From an uncultured Acidobacteriaceae bacterium (GTDB taxonomy: Bacteria; Acidobacteriota; Terriglobia; Terriglobales; Acidobacteriaceae): a stretch of 64,000 bases of DNA. A program made the translations under genes and the position numbers. Positions 1 through 9,397 of the stretch are shown here, piece by piece. Under the pieces are notes generated by a model. The model did no database searches. It was not told where the DNA came from and worked only from the letters and a program-made list of their open reading frames with translations. Location: positions 3,497-67,496 of the forward strand of contig CAVYVQ010000043.1 in NCBI GenBank assembly GCA_963771895.1, in the 5' to 3' direction. The stretch's first letter is position 1. Every line of letters begins with the position of its first letter.

Positions 1-1
1 G

Positions 2-145
2 CGGACGGCTCTCCACTACGAAATCGCCGCCGCCTATGAGACTGCCGGTGACAAACCCTCCGCCCTCAAGCACTTCATGGAGGTTTACGGCCGCAACATC
101 GATTATCGCGACGTGGCCGAGCGCATCAAGCCTCTGAAGTCGTAG
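2..145 (+). CDS. C-terminal fragment of a gene that starts left of the window (TPR-like helical tail); product unknown
   Basis: The frame is open from the window edge to TAG 143-145. Translation: ...LHYEIAAAYETAGDKPSALKHFMEVYGRNIDYRDVAERIKPLKS. No start codon is visible. Confidence 0.4.
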   Translation, partial: RTALHYEIAAAYETAGDKPSALKHFMEVYGRNIDYRDVAERIKPLKS

Positions 146-376
146 AATATCCCGATGGATTTTGTTTCTCAGTCTTTCTTTCCGGCACACGGTGGATTGT
201 CGGTCGATCTGCGCCTCATTCCGGCCCCGCTGCAGCGGAGCGCCCGGTGACCGATCCCAAGTTGCCTGTCGAAACCAGCCCAGCCGCGCCCGGCCAGCCC
301 GCGCCCGGACCGGGCGAATCCATCGACGGGATTCTCGACCCGAAGGCCGGTTTCGGTCACTCCCGGTAACAACGGC

Positions 377-619
377 TTGCAACTCTGGCTGCACCGCGCG
401 TCTGTCTTTCTTTTCGTCTTGATCAGCGCGGTTGCCGGCGTGCTGCTTGTGATCCTGCCCTGGACCCCCGAGTGGACCGACAACTATCTTCTGCTCTCGT
501 TTCCCTGGCTTCGTACCCTGGTCTCCACCGGCTTCTTCCGCGGCCTGTGCAGCGGTTTGGGATTGCTCGACATCTGGATCGGCTTCTGGGAAGCTCTCCA
601 CTACCACGAACACCAGTAG
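377..619 (+). CDS. small hypothetical membrane protein (80 aa)
   Basis: TTG-start ORF with two hydrophobic helices (VFLFVLISAVAGVLLVILPW and GLCSGLGLLDIWIGFW). Its G/C-rich third codon positions match neighbouring genes. No family recognised. Confidence 0.45.
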   Translation: MQLWLHRASVFLFVLISAVAGVLLVILPWTPEWTDNYLLLSFPWLRTLVSTGFFRGLCSGLGLLDIWIGFWEALHYHEHQ

Positions 620-702
620 CGCCGAAGCAATGCGGCGAATTTTGCAAGACAGGATTCATCACGCGAATTTCTTAACACTCGATTCCACATCGTGAGTTCG
701 AC

Positions 703-1588
703 ATGACCAACAAACTCCAACCCGCCCCTCTTGCCTACCAGAACGAACCCTTTCTCAACAGTCCCGACGGACGCATTCTCCGCATCCTGGCTGAGTATCA
801 GGAACCGCTGTCGCGTTTTCGCCGGGAGCAGATTCAGGACACGGTCGTCTTCTTCGGCTCGGCCCGCTTCCAGGGAGCCGCCGCCGCCCGGAAGAATCTG
901 GTCGCCGCGGAAAGAAACGACGCGAAAGTGCCCGCGCCAGCAACAGGAAAAAAACCTGAAGAAAGCGCTCGCCGCCGTCGAAATGGCCCGTTACTACGAA
1001 GACGCGCGGCGTCTGGCTTTTCTTCTGACCGAATGGTCGATTCAGATTCCCGCGCGCCGCCGCCGTTTTGTCGTCACCACCGGCGGCGGTCCCGGCATCA
1101 TGGAAGCCGCCAATCTGGGCGCCCAGGAAGCCGGAGGCAAAACCATCGGCCTTAACATCAATCTGCCTTTCGAGCAGTATCCCAATCCCCACATCACGCC
1201 CTCGCTCAACTTCGAGTTTCACTACTTCTTCATGCGCAAGTTCTGGTTTGCTTACCTGGCCAAGGCACTGGTGATTTTTCCCGGCGGATTCGGCACCATC
1301 GACGAGCTTTTCGAAATCCTTACCCTAGCGCAGACCGACAAACTCGCCAAGAAGATTCTCGTCGTCATTTACGGCAGCGAATATTGGCACCGCATCATGA
1401 ACTTCCAGGCCTTTGTCGACGCCGGCACCGTCGCTCCCGAAGACCTAAACCTGTTCAAGTTCGTCGACACTCCCGAAGACGCTTTTGCATTCCTCCGCGA
1501 CGGACTGACCGAATACCATCTGGGTGGCCCGCCAAAGAAAGAAAAGGAGCAGGAAGTTCTCCCGGAGATTGCTAAGACCAGACCGTGA
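703..1588 (+). CDS. LOG / TIGR00730-family Rossmann-fold protein (PpnN / lysine-decarboxylase-like), reading frame broken once
   Basis: The N-terminal part is in the frame of 703 (AYQNEPFLNSPDGRILRILAEYQEPLSRFRREQIQDTVVFFGSAR). The rest is in the frame of 731..1588 and carries the family motifs GGGPGIMEAANLGA and PGGFGTIDELFE. The two frames swap at the A7 run 948-954. Confidence 0.8.
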
Positions 1589-1639
1589 AGGGCTGGGCGC
1601 ATCAGCCTTCTTGTGCTCTAAACTGATAGCGGAAAGCTG

Positions 1640-2365
1640 ATGACTGAACGCGCTCTCCTCTACTACATCACCGACCGAGCGGCCTTTCCTGGCGACGAGC
1701 GCATGCGCCGCCTTCGTCTCCTCGACAAAATCGCGGAAGCTGCAAGCTACGGCATCGACTACATCCAGCTCCGCGAAAAAGACATGCCGGCTCGTGAGTT
1801 GGTGTCGCTGGCCCGCGAAGCAATGCGCATCATCCGCGATAAAACGAAACCGGCATCCGGCATCCGGAGTCCGGCAACCGCTCTGCTCATTAATTCCCGC
1901 ACCGACATCGCTCTGGCCAGTGGCGCCGCAGGCGTTCACCTGCCGGCTAACGACATTGCCCCGGAAGAAGTTCGAGTCGCGTGGAAGTCTGAAGCAAGGC
2001 AATGTGGCGCGGGCACTCCCTTCGACAAGCTCAGGGCAGGCTCTGCCCGCGAAATCTCACCACAAGATCCGCTGATAGCCGTCTCTTGTCACTCCCCTGA
2101 AGAAGTCGTTCAAGCCACTGCCAAGCAAGCCACTTTTGCCGTCTTCGCTCCCGTCTTCGAAAAACAAGGTGTGCCCGGAACCCGCCCCACCGGCTTCGAA
2201 GCTCTTCGGCAAGCCTGCCGCACGACGATCCCGGTGCTCGCGCTGGGAGGCGTGACTCTGCAGAACGCCGAGTCCTGCCTGCAAGCTGGGGCAGCCGGCA
2301 TCGCCGCGATCCGCCTTTTCCAGGAAAACGATATAGGCACAATCGTCCGCGAGTTGCGCAGCTGA
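1640..2365 (+). CDS. thiE: thiamine-phosphate synthase family protein (TMP-TENI fold)
   Basis: 241 aa with family-typical segments: YYITDR, IDYIQLREKD, LLINSRTDIALASGAAGVHL, IAVSCHSPEEV, FAPVFEK, IPVLALGGV. It carries an atypical ~25-aa insert encoded by a palindromic element at 2008-2051. Confidence 0.65.
   Translation: MTERALLYYITDRAAFPGDERMRRLRLLDKIAEAASYGIDYIQLREKDMPARELVSLAREAMRIIRDKTKPASGIRSPATALLINSRTDIALASGAAGVHLPANDIAPEEVRVAWKSEARQCGAGTPFDKLRAGSAREISPQDPLIAVSCHSPEEVVQATAKQATFAVFAPVFEKQGVPGTRPTGFEALRQACRTTIPVLALGGVTLQNAESCLQAGAAGIAAIRLFQENDIGTIVRELRS
2008..2051. repeat. GC-rich palindromic (REP-like) element lying in-frame inside the thiE-like gene
   Basis: cgcgggca (2008-2015) pairs with tgcccgcg (2044-2051). 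An inner gggca/tgccc hairpin is also present. The element is translated as GAGTPFDKLRAGSA. Confidence 0.5.
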
Positions 2366-2382
2366 TCGTTATCTGGAAACAG

Positions 2383-2410
2383 AAGCCGCGCCGCAAAGCG
2401 GCGCGGCCTT
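2383..2410. terminator. GC-rich hairpin between convergent genes (candidate bidirectional terminator)
   Basis: aagccgcgccgc-aaa-gcggcgcggcctt forms a 12-bp stem with one bulge, followed by ttt on the + strand. It lies between the thiE stop (2365) and the stop of the minus-strand gene (2435). Confidence 0.5.
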
Positions 2411-2434
2411 TGTCATCGCCCACACCTGCGTCCA

Positions 2435-3352
2435 CTACTGCGCCGGTGTTTCGGAGCCCGGAGTAGCCGGTGCACTGGCTGTCACTTCAGCCGCGGGCGC
2501 GATCTTCGCCGTGGCCAGGATCTTCTCCAGCCGCTGGAAGACTTGCTCACGGTCCACGTGCTTGGCGTCATCGGTCTTGACCCCAGTGGTCGCAACCTTT
2601 AGCGCGAACTCGTAGCAAGCCCCGTTTTCGAAGACGTGATAGTACTTCGACACTTCCTCGCGGTTCCCCTGACTGGCAAGAGTTTCCGAGGACCACAATT
2701 CCATGTCGCCGATCATCAGCTTCGATGTCTGCGCCGGCGTCGAGGTTGCAGTATCCCCCGGCGTCGCAGGGTTGGCCTGGGGGACGGAAAATTCGCCGCA
2801 TTGCTCCGCCGTAAGCGCTTTGTTCACGCTGACGTTGAAGAAGGCCGAAGCCAGATCGCTGTTGGGATACGCGGACTCGGGAACTGCAACCGCTGCCAGC
2901 GCGACTCCGCCTGGCTGTACGAAGTTCATGGGGACGGGATCGGACGAGACTAACTCATTCGCGGCCTCGCCGGTCTTGAGTGAGTACCTGCGCGGATATT
3001 GGAACGAGATGCCGGAAGTCTTGTCGGCATACGTCACGGTCGCCGGAACTTTGCGGACAACTTTCTTGTGCACCGGCTTGGCTGCAACTTGCAGCGCAGG
3101 CGTTGCCGGCACGGCAGCCGGACTGGTTGCAATCGGCTGCGTCGGCTGAGTCATGGCTGGCTGGTTGGTGGAGCTTTCGGTTTTGGGTTTCTCGCTGGAG
3201 CATCCGACGGCCAATGAACAAACAATCAAGAGCGCGGCGAATACCAGCGTGCTGGTGTTCTTATCAAGGTTAATCTTGCCCCACGCAACGGAATCATGCA
3301 TTGCCGGGGTGCTGCGAACTGTCGCGGTGCGAAACAGGTTGATACGGGTCAT
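2435..3352 (-). CDS. hypothetical lipoprotein
   Basis: 305-aa ORF with a signal/lipobox (LVFAALLIVCSLAVGC) followed by a Pro/Thr/Ala-rich linker. No family recognised. An alternative start is the Met at 3301. Confidence 0.6.
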   Translation of the reverse strand: MTRINLFRTATVRSTPAMHDSVAWGKINLDKNTSTLVFAALLIVCSLAVGCSSEKPKTESSTNQPAMTQPTQPIATSPAAVPATPALQVAAKPVHKKVVRKVPATVTYADKTSGISFQYPRRYSLKTGEAANELVSSDPVPMNFVQPGGVALAAVAVPESAYPNSDLASAFFNVSVNKALTAEQCGEFSVPQANPATPGDTATSTPAQTSKLMIGDMELWSSETLASQGNREEVSKYYHVFENGACYEFALKVATTGVKTDDAKHVDREQVFQRLEKILATAKIAPAAEVTASAPATPGSETPAQ

Positions 3353-3749
3353 GGTTGGTCACCTCCTGCTGCTGAGCAGCGCAGGTGAGAGTGCACGGAG
3401 AAGGCCAACGGGTGAGGCGTTGATTTTACATGGGTTAGAGTGATGCAAGATGCGCGCGATCGTGGCGACCCGGACACGATGTGGGGCGCAAGACACGCCG
3501 AGCACCCAGCGCGCATTTTCCGGCTGATTTGGCGGATTCGGGTGTTGCTCGTGAGCTTAATACAATTCGATGTAAATGAATATTAACTTTTCTTTTCATC
3601 ACCCAGTAACAAAGCCTTCCTAGAATCCACAGTCATCCTGACTAAGAAGTCTTACCGAGTCGCGGAGGAGTCGCCGCTGAGTTGCTCTTTCTCCGCGACA
3701 GCCGATGGGCAACGGACGTTTGGTCATTCCCCGTTTGAGGAGCTATCGC

Positions 3750-6700
3750 ATGAATCGAACTCGTTTCAACTCAACTTTGCTCCGCTGTTTGAAGTGCGCT
3801 ACAGGACTAGCCGTGGCTCTATTCCTGGGGACAACGGTGCTCGCCCAAGTGGATCGGGCGGAACTCGAAGGGACGGTGAAAGATCAAAGCGGCGCCCTCA
3901 TCGCCGATGGCAAAGTGCAGGTGATCGCCGTGGAGACCGGTTTGTCCTATGACCGCGCTGCGAACGCCAATGGCTACTATCGTTTTCCGGGTCTCGCCGC
4001 TGGCGTTTACACCGTCACCTTCGGTCACTCCGGCTTCAAAACTAAAACCATCGAAGGAGTGGTACTCCAAGTGGGCCAGACCAGAACGCTGGATGTAACG
4101 CTGGAGGTTGGCCAGGTCTCGGAAAGAGTGGAGGTCAATGCAGGGAATGCTCCCGCAGAGCGGACTTCCGCCGAAGCATCAACGGTCATCGACACCGATC
4201 AGATCGCGAATCTACCCAGCAACGGACGCGACTGGGCCAGTTTCACGCTGCTCGCTCCTTTCGCTCAGGATGACGGAGGCGGCGACCAGCGGACGATTCG
4301 CTTTGCCGGCCGGGCGCGCGACGACAATAACTTCAGCTTTGACGGCGTCGACGCCGGTGGCATTCAGGAGCAGGCCCAGAAGTCACAAACGCGCCTGCAG
4401 ATATCTCAGGACGCGATCGAGGAGTATCGGGTCAACAGCGCTCTGTACGACGCAGAATACGGAACCCAAGCCGGCGGCCAGATCGACGTCGTCACCAAGT
4501 CGGGCACCAATGAATGGCACGGCATGGCATTCGGCTATATCCGAAATTCCGTCTTCGACGCCCGAAACTATAATGATTACAACCTGGCGGGCAATCCTCA
4601 GATTCCGCCCTTTCGGCTAGGGCAGTACGGTTTGTCGGTTGGTGGCCCCATCAAGAAAAACAAGACGTTTTTCTTCATCAACTATGAGGGTCTGCGCCAG
4701 CTTCAGTCGACCACGGAGCAAGTCACTGTACCAGCGGGGATATGTTGCGCATCCTTTCCCTTGGGCGAGCCGCAAAATATCACCGTCCCTTACCAACAGT
4801 ACGTCATGGATCAGGCGACGAGCCTGGGTTACGGGCCGCAGATGTGCCAAGTCATGCAAGCGTTCGCTTGGCGAACCTCGGTGGGGTCAATTGACGGCTG
4901 CACGCCGCGATTTGTTTTCCCCGATAGCGCCTTCCAATACCAAGGGGGCAACCAGGACCTGGTTACGTTCGCCGCTCCTACCACGGTGCATGAGGACACT
5001 TGGTTAATACGGATTGACCACAAAATCAGCGAGAACACTCTGCTCTACGGTCGCGCGCAACGTGACATCAGCTTGGTCGATGCTCCGAACGGCAGCAGCA
5101 GTCTTCAATCGGATAAACTACAGACCATCAATCATCCAGCGAACTATATGCTGGCGCTTCAGCACACCTTCCGTCCGACTCTTTTCAATGAAGTGAAGTT
5201 TTACATCAATCGCGCGCCCTTCCATAATCCACAGGCCAGCGCGCTTCCCTATGCGGTGAGCACCGATGATTTCGTAGGCCTGAACAACAACAGCGCCGAC
5301 ATCGAGATTGGAAGCACCTATGGCTTGATCGATAACCTGACTTGGTCGCGCGGCCGCCACACGTTCAAAATGGGGATGGAGTACCGCCGCGTGCGGCTTA
5401 ATCAGGGGCAAACCTCCAATAATGTATTAACGTTCGGCGACGACTATTCGTTGTCCCAAGCTTCGCTTTCCAACGTTAACTACATTGCTCCCTGGTGCTG
5501 TCATGGGCTGCGCCGCAACTTCTTCATGCCCTATTTCCAGGATGAATGGAAAGCTACTCCTAGCCTGACCCTGACGGCGGGGCTGCGCTGGGATTATTAC
5601 GGGGTGGCGCACGAGGCGACCAATCGCACGACTGTTTTTGATTTAAATCAGTTTCACGGCGTGTGCCTGGGAACAGGATCGTTCAATGTAGCCCCGAGCC
5701 CCGGTCCTATCAATACGGCTCCTTGCCCCGCGAACCCGGCCTTGTACAACGCGAATTACGTGAACTTTGATCCGCGATTGGCTTTGGCTTGGGCTCCCGC
5801 CGCGCTGCATGAAAAGACGGTGATCCGCACCGGTTTCGGCATCTATCATGGGGCCGCGCAGAATGACGATTTGAACGCAGGACTGGAGAGCGATACGTTC
5901 CGCGTTTTGGTCAATAACTTCAACCCACCCCCAACTTGCTCAAATCCCTGCCCCAACTTGCAGTCTCAATTTCAGCAACAGGATCCCACTTTTATCGGAC
6001 TCAGCGGTATTGGCAAGCAGGCCAACCATCCACGGGCTCTCCAGCGGGAAGGGCGTCGGGATCTCTACGTGGAGACATGGACTTTGAGCCTGGAACATGC
6101 ACTGCCCGCCAATTTTCTGGCTTCGGCTCAGTATCTCGGCAGCCAGGGTGTGCGGTTATTCTCGCGCGGCGCTGTAAACCTGTGCACCGAACCGGTCACC
6201 TTCAATTCGGTCGACGGAGATTGCGTCCGCACGCTGGACCAGTACTATCCAGGCGGCAATCCCTTTGGTTCCGTCGACTACAAAAGTGACATCGGGTCGA
6301 GCAGCTATAACGGACTCGGACTCTCCCTGGAGCGCCGGTTCAGCCAGGGGCTGGAATTTCAAGCGCGTTACACATGGTCTCATTCGATCAATGACGGTTC
6401 CGTGGGAGGCGGTGAGTCCAACGGTCCGGAGAATGTGAACTGTCTGGCGTGCGACAGAGGGCCAAGCGTTTTTGACGTTCGCAACAACGTCGCGGTCAAT
6501 GCCGTGTACGAGCTTCCCTTTGGGCCTGGGAAGCCATACGTCAACTCTCACGGGGTAATTGGCAAGGTATTCGGAGGCTGGGAATTGAGCAGCATTGGCC
6601 TTTGGCACACGGGCCATCCGTTAACCGTATTCATGGATCTCAGCAACTCGATCGACAATACCGTTGCCCCGTACACGAATTCTCCGTTCGCCGGATTTCC

Positions 6701-7217
6701 CTATACTTACATTCTTCCCGACGGCAATGATCAGACCAACCAACGTCCCGACATCATTCCGGGAGTGCCATTGACGTTGCCAAACCAACATCCTGCTGCG
6801 GGGAATATTCCAGGCATGCCTTACATCAACGCCGCCGCATTTCAGGCCCCGCCCAGAGATGCGAATGGAAATTTCATCCGATTTGGCAACGAGCCGAATG
6901 GAGTGATTCGTGCCCTGCCTTACTGGCAGATCGATCTCGCGCTTACCAAGGAAACGAAGCTCACAGAGCGCGTTACGCTCGCGTTTGCCGTGCAGGCGTT
7001 CAATATCTTTAACCATGTGCAATTCGGCGATCCCAACGCTCTAAATATGGTTTTCGACCCCACCGCTTCAACCACTGGCTACCTTACACCTCAGAACGGG
7101 TTCGGGATCATCGACACCACGGTTAATTTCAACAACAACAACGACAACGCCGCTTCTCCGAACACAGGTACGGGTTTGCCGCGGCAGATTCAATTCATGG
7201 TTCGCTTCAAGTTCTAG
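3750..7217 (+). CDS. TonB-dependent receptor with N-terminal carboxypeptidase-regulatory-like domain
   Basis: ATG 3750 is preceded by GAGGAG. Signal peptide ends ...ALFLGTTVLAQ. CarboxypepD_reg-like segment: GTVKDQSGALIADGKVQVIAVETGLSYDRAANANGYYRFPGLAAGVYTVTF. A long beta-barrel body follows, ending with aromatic ...QFMVRFKF. Confidence 0.85.
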   Translation: MNRTRFNSTLLRCLKCATGLAVALFLGTTVLAQVDRAELEGTVKDQSGALIADGKVQVIAVETGLSYDRAANANGYYRFPGLAAGVYTVTFGHSGFKTKTIEGVVLQVGQTRTLDVTLEVGQVSERVEVNAGNAPAERTSAEASTVIDTDQIANLPSNGRDWASFTLLAPFAQDDGGGDQRTIRFAGRARDDNNFSFDGVDAGGIQEQAQKSQTRLQISQDAIEEYRVNSALYDAEYGTQAGGQIDVVTKSGTNEWHGMAFGYIRNSVFDARNYNDYNLAGNPQIPPFRLGQYGLSVGGPIKKNKTFFFINYEGLRQLQSTTEQVTVPAGICCASFPLGEPQNITVPYQQYVMDQATSLGYGPQMCQVMQAFAWRTSVGSIDGCTPRFVFPDSAFQYQGGNQDLVTFAAPTTVHEDTWLIRIDHKISENTLLYGRAQRDISLVDAPNGSSSLQSDKLQTINHPANYMLALQHTFRPTLFNEVKFYINRAPFHNPQASALPYAVSTDDFVGLNNNSADIEIGSTYGLIDNLTWSRGRHTFKMGMEYRRVRLNQGQTSNNVLTFGDDYSLSQASLSNVNYIAPWCCHGLRRNFFMPYFQDEWKATPSLTLTAGLRWDYYGVAHEATNRTTVFDLNQFHGVCLGTGSFNVAPSPGPINTAPCPANPALYNANYVNFDPRLALAWAPAALHEKTVIRTGFGIYHGAAQNDDLNAGLESDTFRVLVNNFNPPPTCSNPCPNLQSQFQQQDPTFIGLSGIGKQANHPRALQREGRRDLYVETWTLSLEHALPANFLASAQYLGSQGVRLFSRGAVNLCTEPVTFNSVDGDCVRTLDQYYPGGNPFGSVDYKSDIGSSSYNGLGLSLERRFSQGLEFQARYTWSHSINDGSVGGGESNGPENVNCLACDRGPSVFDVRNNVAVNAVYELPFGPGKPYVNSHGVIGKVFGGWELSSIGLWHTGHPLTVFMDLSNSIDNTVAPYTNSPFAGFPYTYILPDGNDQTNQRPDIIPGVPLTLPNQHPAAGNIPGMPYINAAAFQAPPRDANGNFIRFGNEPNGVIRALPYWQIDLALTKETKLTERVTLAFAVQAFNIFNHVQFGDPNALNMVFDPTASTTGYLTPQNGFGIIDTTVNFNNNNDNAASPNTGTGLPRQIQFMVRFKF

Positions 7218-7346
7218 ATTGAGAATCGTATGCGCTGAAAACACGAATGATCGTGCGGATTCAGGTTCTTTTCCGGTTGACGGGATAGAATTCATTCAGG
7301 CGGGTGCCGTTACTAAACTTTCTGTCCAGGGGAATTGAGAAAGCAA

Positions 7347-8342
7347 ATGAGAAATGAATCGTTTCTATCGATGCGAAAATACTTGAAGGCTGCAGGTTTG
7401 GCACTGATGTTGTTCGCGCTTCCGGCGGGGGCCGCTCCGCCTTCAGAGGGCTACAGCATTGTTAAGAAGATCGCGATCCCCGGGCAGGGCAGTTGGGACT
7501 ATCTCAGCGTAGACGAAGGCGCGCGTCGTCTCTATGTTTCCCACGGCACGCAGGTAGAAGTAGTTGATGTGGATTCACTTGCCATCGTTGGCAATATTCC
7601 GAACACACCTGGCGTGCACGGAATTGCGATCGCCCCTGAACTTGGCCGCGGATTCGTGAGCAACGGCCAGTCTTCGACGGTTACGATTTTCGATCTTAAG
7701 ACGCTTAAGCCCATTGCGGAGGTTCCCACCGGCAAGAAGCCTGACGCGATCATTCTCGATCCCGCCACCTCGCGAGTCTTCGCCTTTAACGGCGGCAGCA
7801 ATAGCGCGACGGCCATCGACGCTGCCACGGGTAAAGTCGCAGGCACGGTTGATCTCGGCGGCGGTCCTGAATTCGCCGCCGCAGACGGCAGCGGCCTGGT
7901 CTATGACAACCTGGAAGATGAAAGTCTGGTGCTCAAGATCGATTCTCGCAAGCTGACCGTCGAAAAGCGCTGGCCCACGGCTCCCTGCGCCTCGCCCTCC
8001 AGCATGGCGATGGACCGAGCCAACCGCCGTCTGTTCCTGGGTTGCCGTAGCAAAGTGATGGCGGTCATGAACGCCGACACGGGCCAGGTCATTACCACAT
8101 TGCCGATCGGCGATCACGTGGATGCGACCGCTTTCGATGAAGCGGCGAAGCTGATCTTCAACTCCAACGGCGAAGGGACCATTACCGTTATCCGGCAGGA
8201 CAGCCCGGACAAATACTCCGTAGTCGAGACCGTGAAAACCTTGCCTCGAGCCAAGACCATGGCCCTCGACCCGAAAACGCACCGGCTTTTCCTCGCCACC
8301 GTAGAGTCGGGGCAGTTCGAAGTGCTGGTCGTGGGAAAGTAG
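7347..8342 (+). CDS. YncE/YVTN-type beta-propeller repeat protein (secreted)
   Basis: Signal peptide (LKAAGLALMLFALPAGA). Recurring propeller blades: RRLYVSHGTQVEVVDV, GRGFVSNGQSSTVTIFD, SRVFAFNGGSNSATAID, RRLFLGCRSKVMAVMN, HRLFLATVESG. The start is uncertain (TTG 7335, ATG 7347 or ATG 7371). Confidence 0.7.
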   Translation: MRNESFLSMRKYLKAAGLALMLFALPAGAAPPSEGYSIVKKIAIPGQGSWDYLSVDEGARRLYVSHGTQVEVVDVDSLAIVGNIPNTPGVHGIAIAPELGRGFVSNGQSSTVTIFDLKTLKPIAEVPTGKKPDAIILDPATSRVFAFNGGSNSATAIDAATGKVAGTVDLGGGPEFAAADGSGLVYDNLEDESLVLKIDSRKLTVEKRWPTAPCASPSSMAMDRANRRLFLGCRSKVMAVMNADTGQVITTLPIGDHVDATAFDEAAKLIFNSNGEGTITVIRQDSPDKYSVVETVKTLPRAKTMALDPKTHRLFLATVESGQFEVLVVGK

Positions 8343-8375
8343 TCTGTTCCTGAGTTCAGGGTCCAAGCTTCCATT

Positions 8376-9383
8376 ATGCTTTCACGATCCAGATCTATCG
8401 CGCACACGTTGTTGCTGCTGTGCATTACGGCGGCGGTACTCGGGTTAACTGGCTGCACTAAGAAGTCGACTGCGCAAACTTCGGTTGACCTGCAACAGCA
8501 GGTGAACGTTCCGTTTCGCTTCGTGGCCTACGGGGACACTCGTTTCCATGATCCTGGGGATACGAAAGCCGCCAACCCTGCCGCGCGGGTCGCTCTGGTG
8601 CAGGCCATCGCGAAAGCCAGCCCGGCGTTCGTGTGCTTCACCGGGGATATCGTCTACAACGGCGATGACGCGAACGATTGGAAAGTCTGGGACACCGAAA
8701 CCAGCATCTGGCGGGACAAGAACATCCCGATTTACCCTGCGCTCGGCAACCACGATCTGCACGGGGAAGAGAAGATTGCCTTGAACAATTACTTCCAGCG
8801 CTTCCCCGACCTGAAGAATAGCCGCTATTACTCGGTACGAGCTGGAAACGCTCTCTTGCTCGTGCTCGACAGCGCCTTGGACGAAACTTCTGGCCCGGAA
8901 GGCCAATGGCTTTCGAACAAACTGGATAACATCCCGTCGGATGTGGATTTCGTCTTCTTCATGTTTCACCACCCGCCTTATACCAGTTCCGCCGACGGGA
9001 AAATGTACGGTGGGGGGCACTCGGCGCGTGCCACGGAGCAACACCTGGCAAAGATGCTGGAGGAACGCCAGGCCCACGCCCGGGTGCGTTTCGTGGTCTT
9101 CTCCGGACATGTGCACAACTACGAGCGCCACGAACATGGCGGCGTCACCTACTTCGTTTCCGGCGGGGGTGGGGCGCACGCCTATCCCATCGAGCGTGCC
9201 TCTGACGACCCTTTTCAGAGCAAGGAAATCAACTACCACTACCTTCTAGTCGAAGTCGACCATCAGCAGTTGAAGGTTACGATGAACCGGGTGGAGTTGG
9301 ACAGCGGGAAGGCGGTGTGGACGCAGCCGGATTCATTGAAGATTACGGTCGGAGCCCCGACGCCGGCCACAGCCGCACGCTAA
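8376..9383 (+). CDS. calcineurin-like metallophosphoesterase, lipoprotein
   Basis: Lipobox LGLTGC. Metallophosphoesterase motifs: GDTRFHD, FTGDIVYNG, GNHD, FMFHHPPY, SGHVHNYE. Confidence 0.85.
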   Translation: MLSRSRSIAHTLLLLCITAAVLGLTGCTKKSTAQTSVDLQQQVNVPFRFVAYGDTRFHDPGDTKAANPAARVALVQAIAKASPAFVCFTGDIVYNGDDANDWKVWDTETSIWRDKNIPIYPALGNHDLHGEEKIALNNYFQRFPDLKNSRYYSVRAGNALLLVLDSALDETSGPEGQWLSNKLDNIPSDVDFVFFMFHHPPYTSSADGKMYGGGHSARATEQHLAKMLEERQAHARVRFVVFSGHVHNYERHEHGGVTYFVSGGGGAHAYPIERASDDPFQSKEINYHYLLVEVDHQQLKVTMNRVELDSGKAVWTQPDSLKITVGAPTPATAAR

Positions 9384-9397
9384 TCACTTCGGCGGCC

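Noticed and set aside
948-954. A7 run in the LOG-family gene as a phase-variation or programmed-slippage site
   Set aside because: The run is short for transcriptional or translational slippage. The same kind of break occurs at many other short homopolymers across the window, which points to a technical cause.
3572-3590. Fur-box-like AT-rich sequence (gtaaatgaatattaacttt) upstream of the TonB receptor
   Set aside because: By my count only about 10 of 19 positions match the classical Fur box, which is not better than expected for AT-rich promoter DNA.
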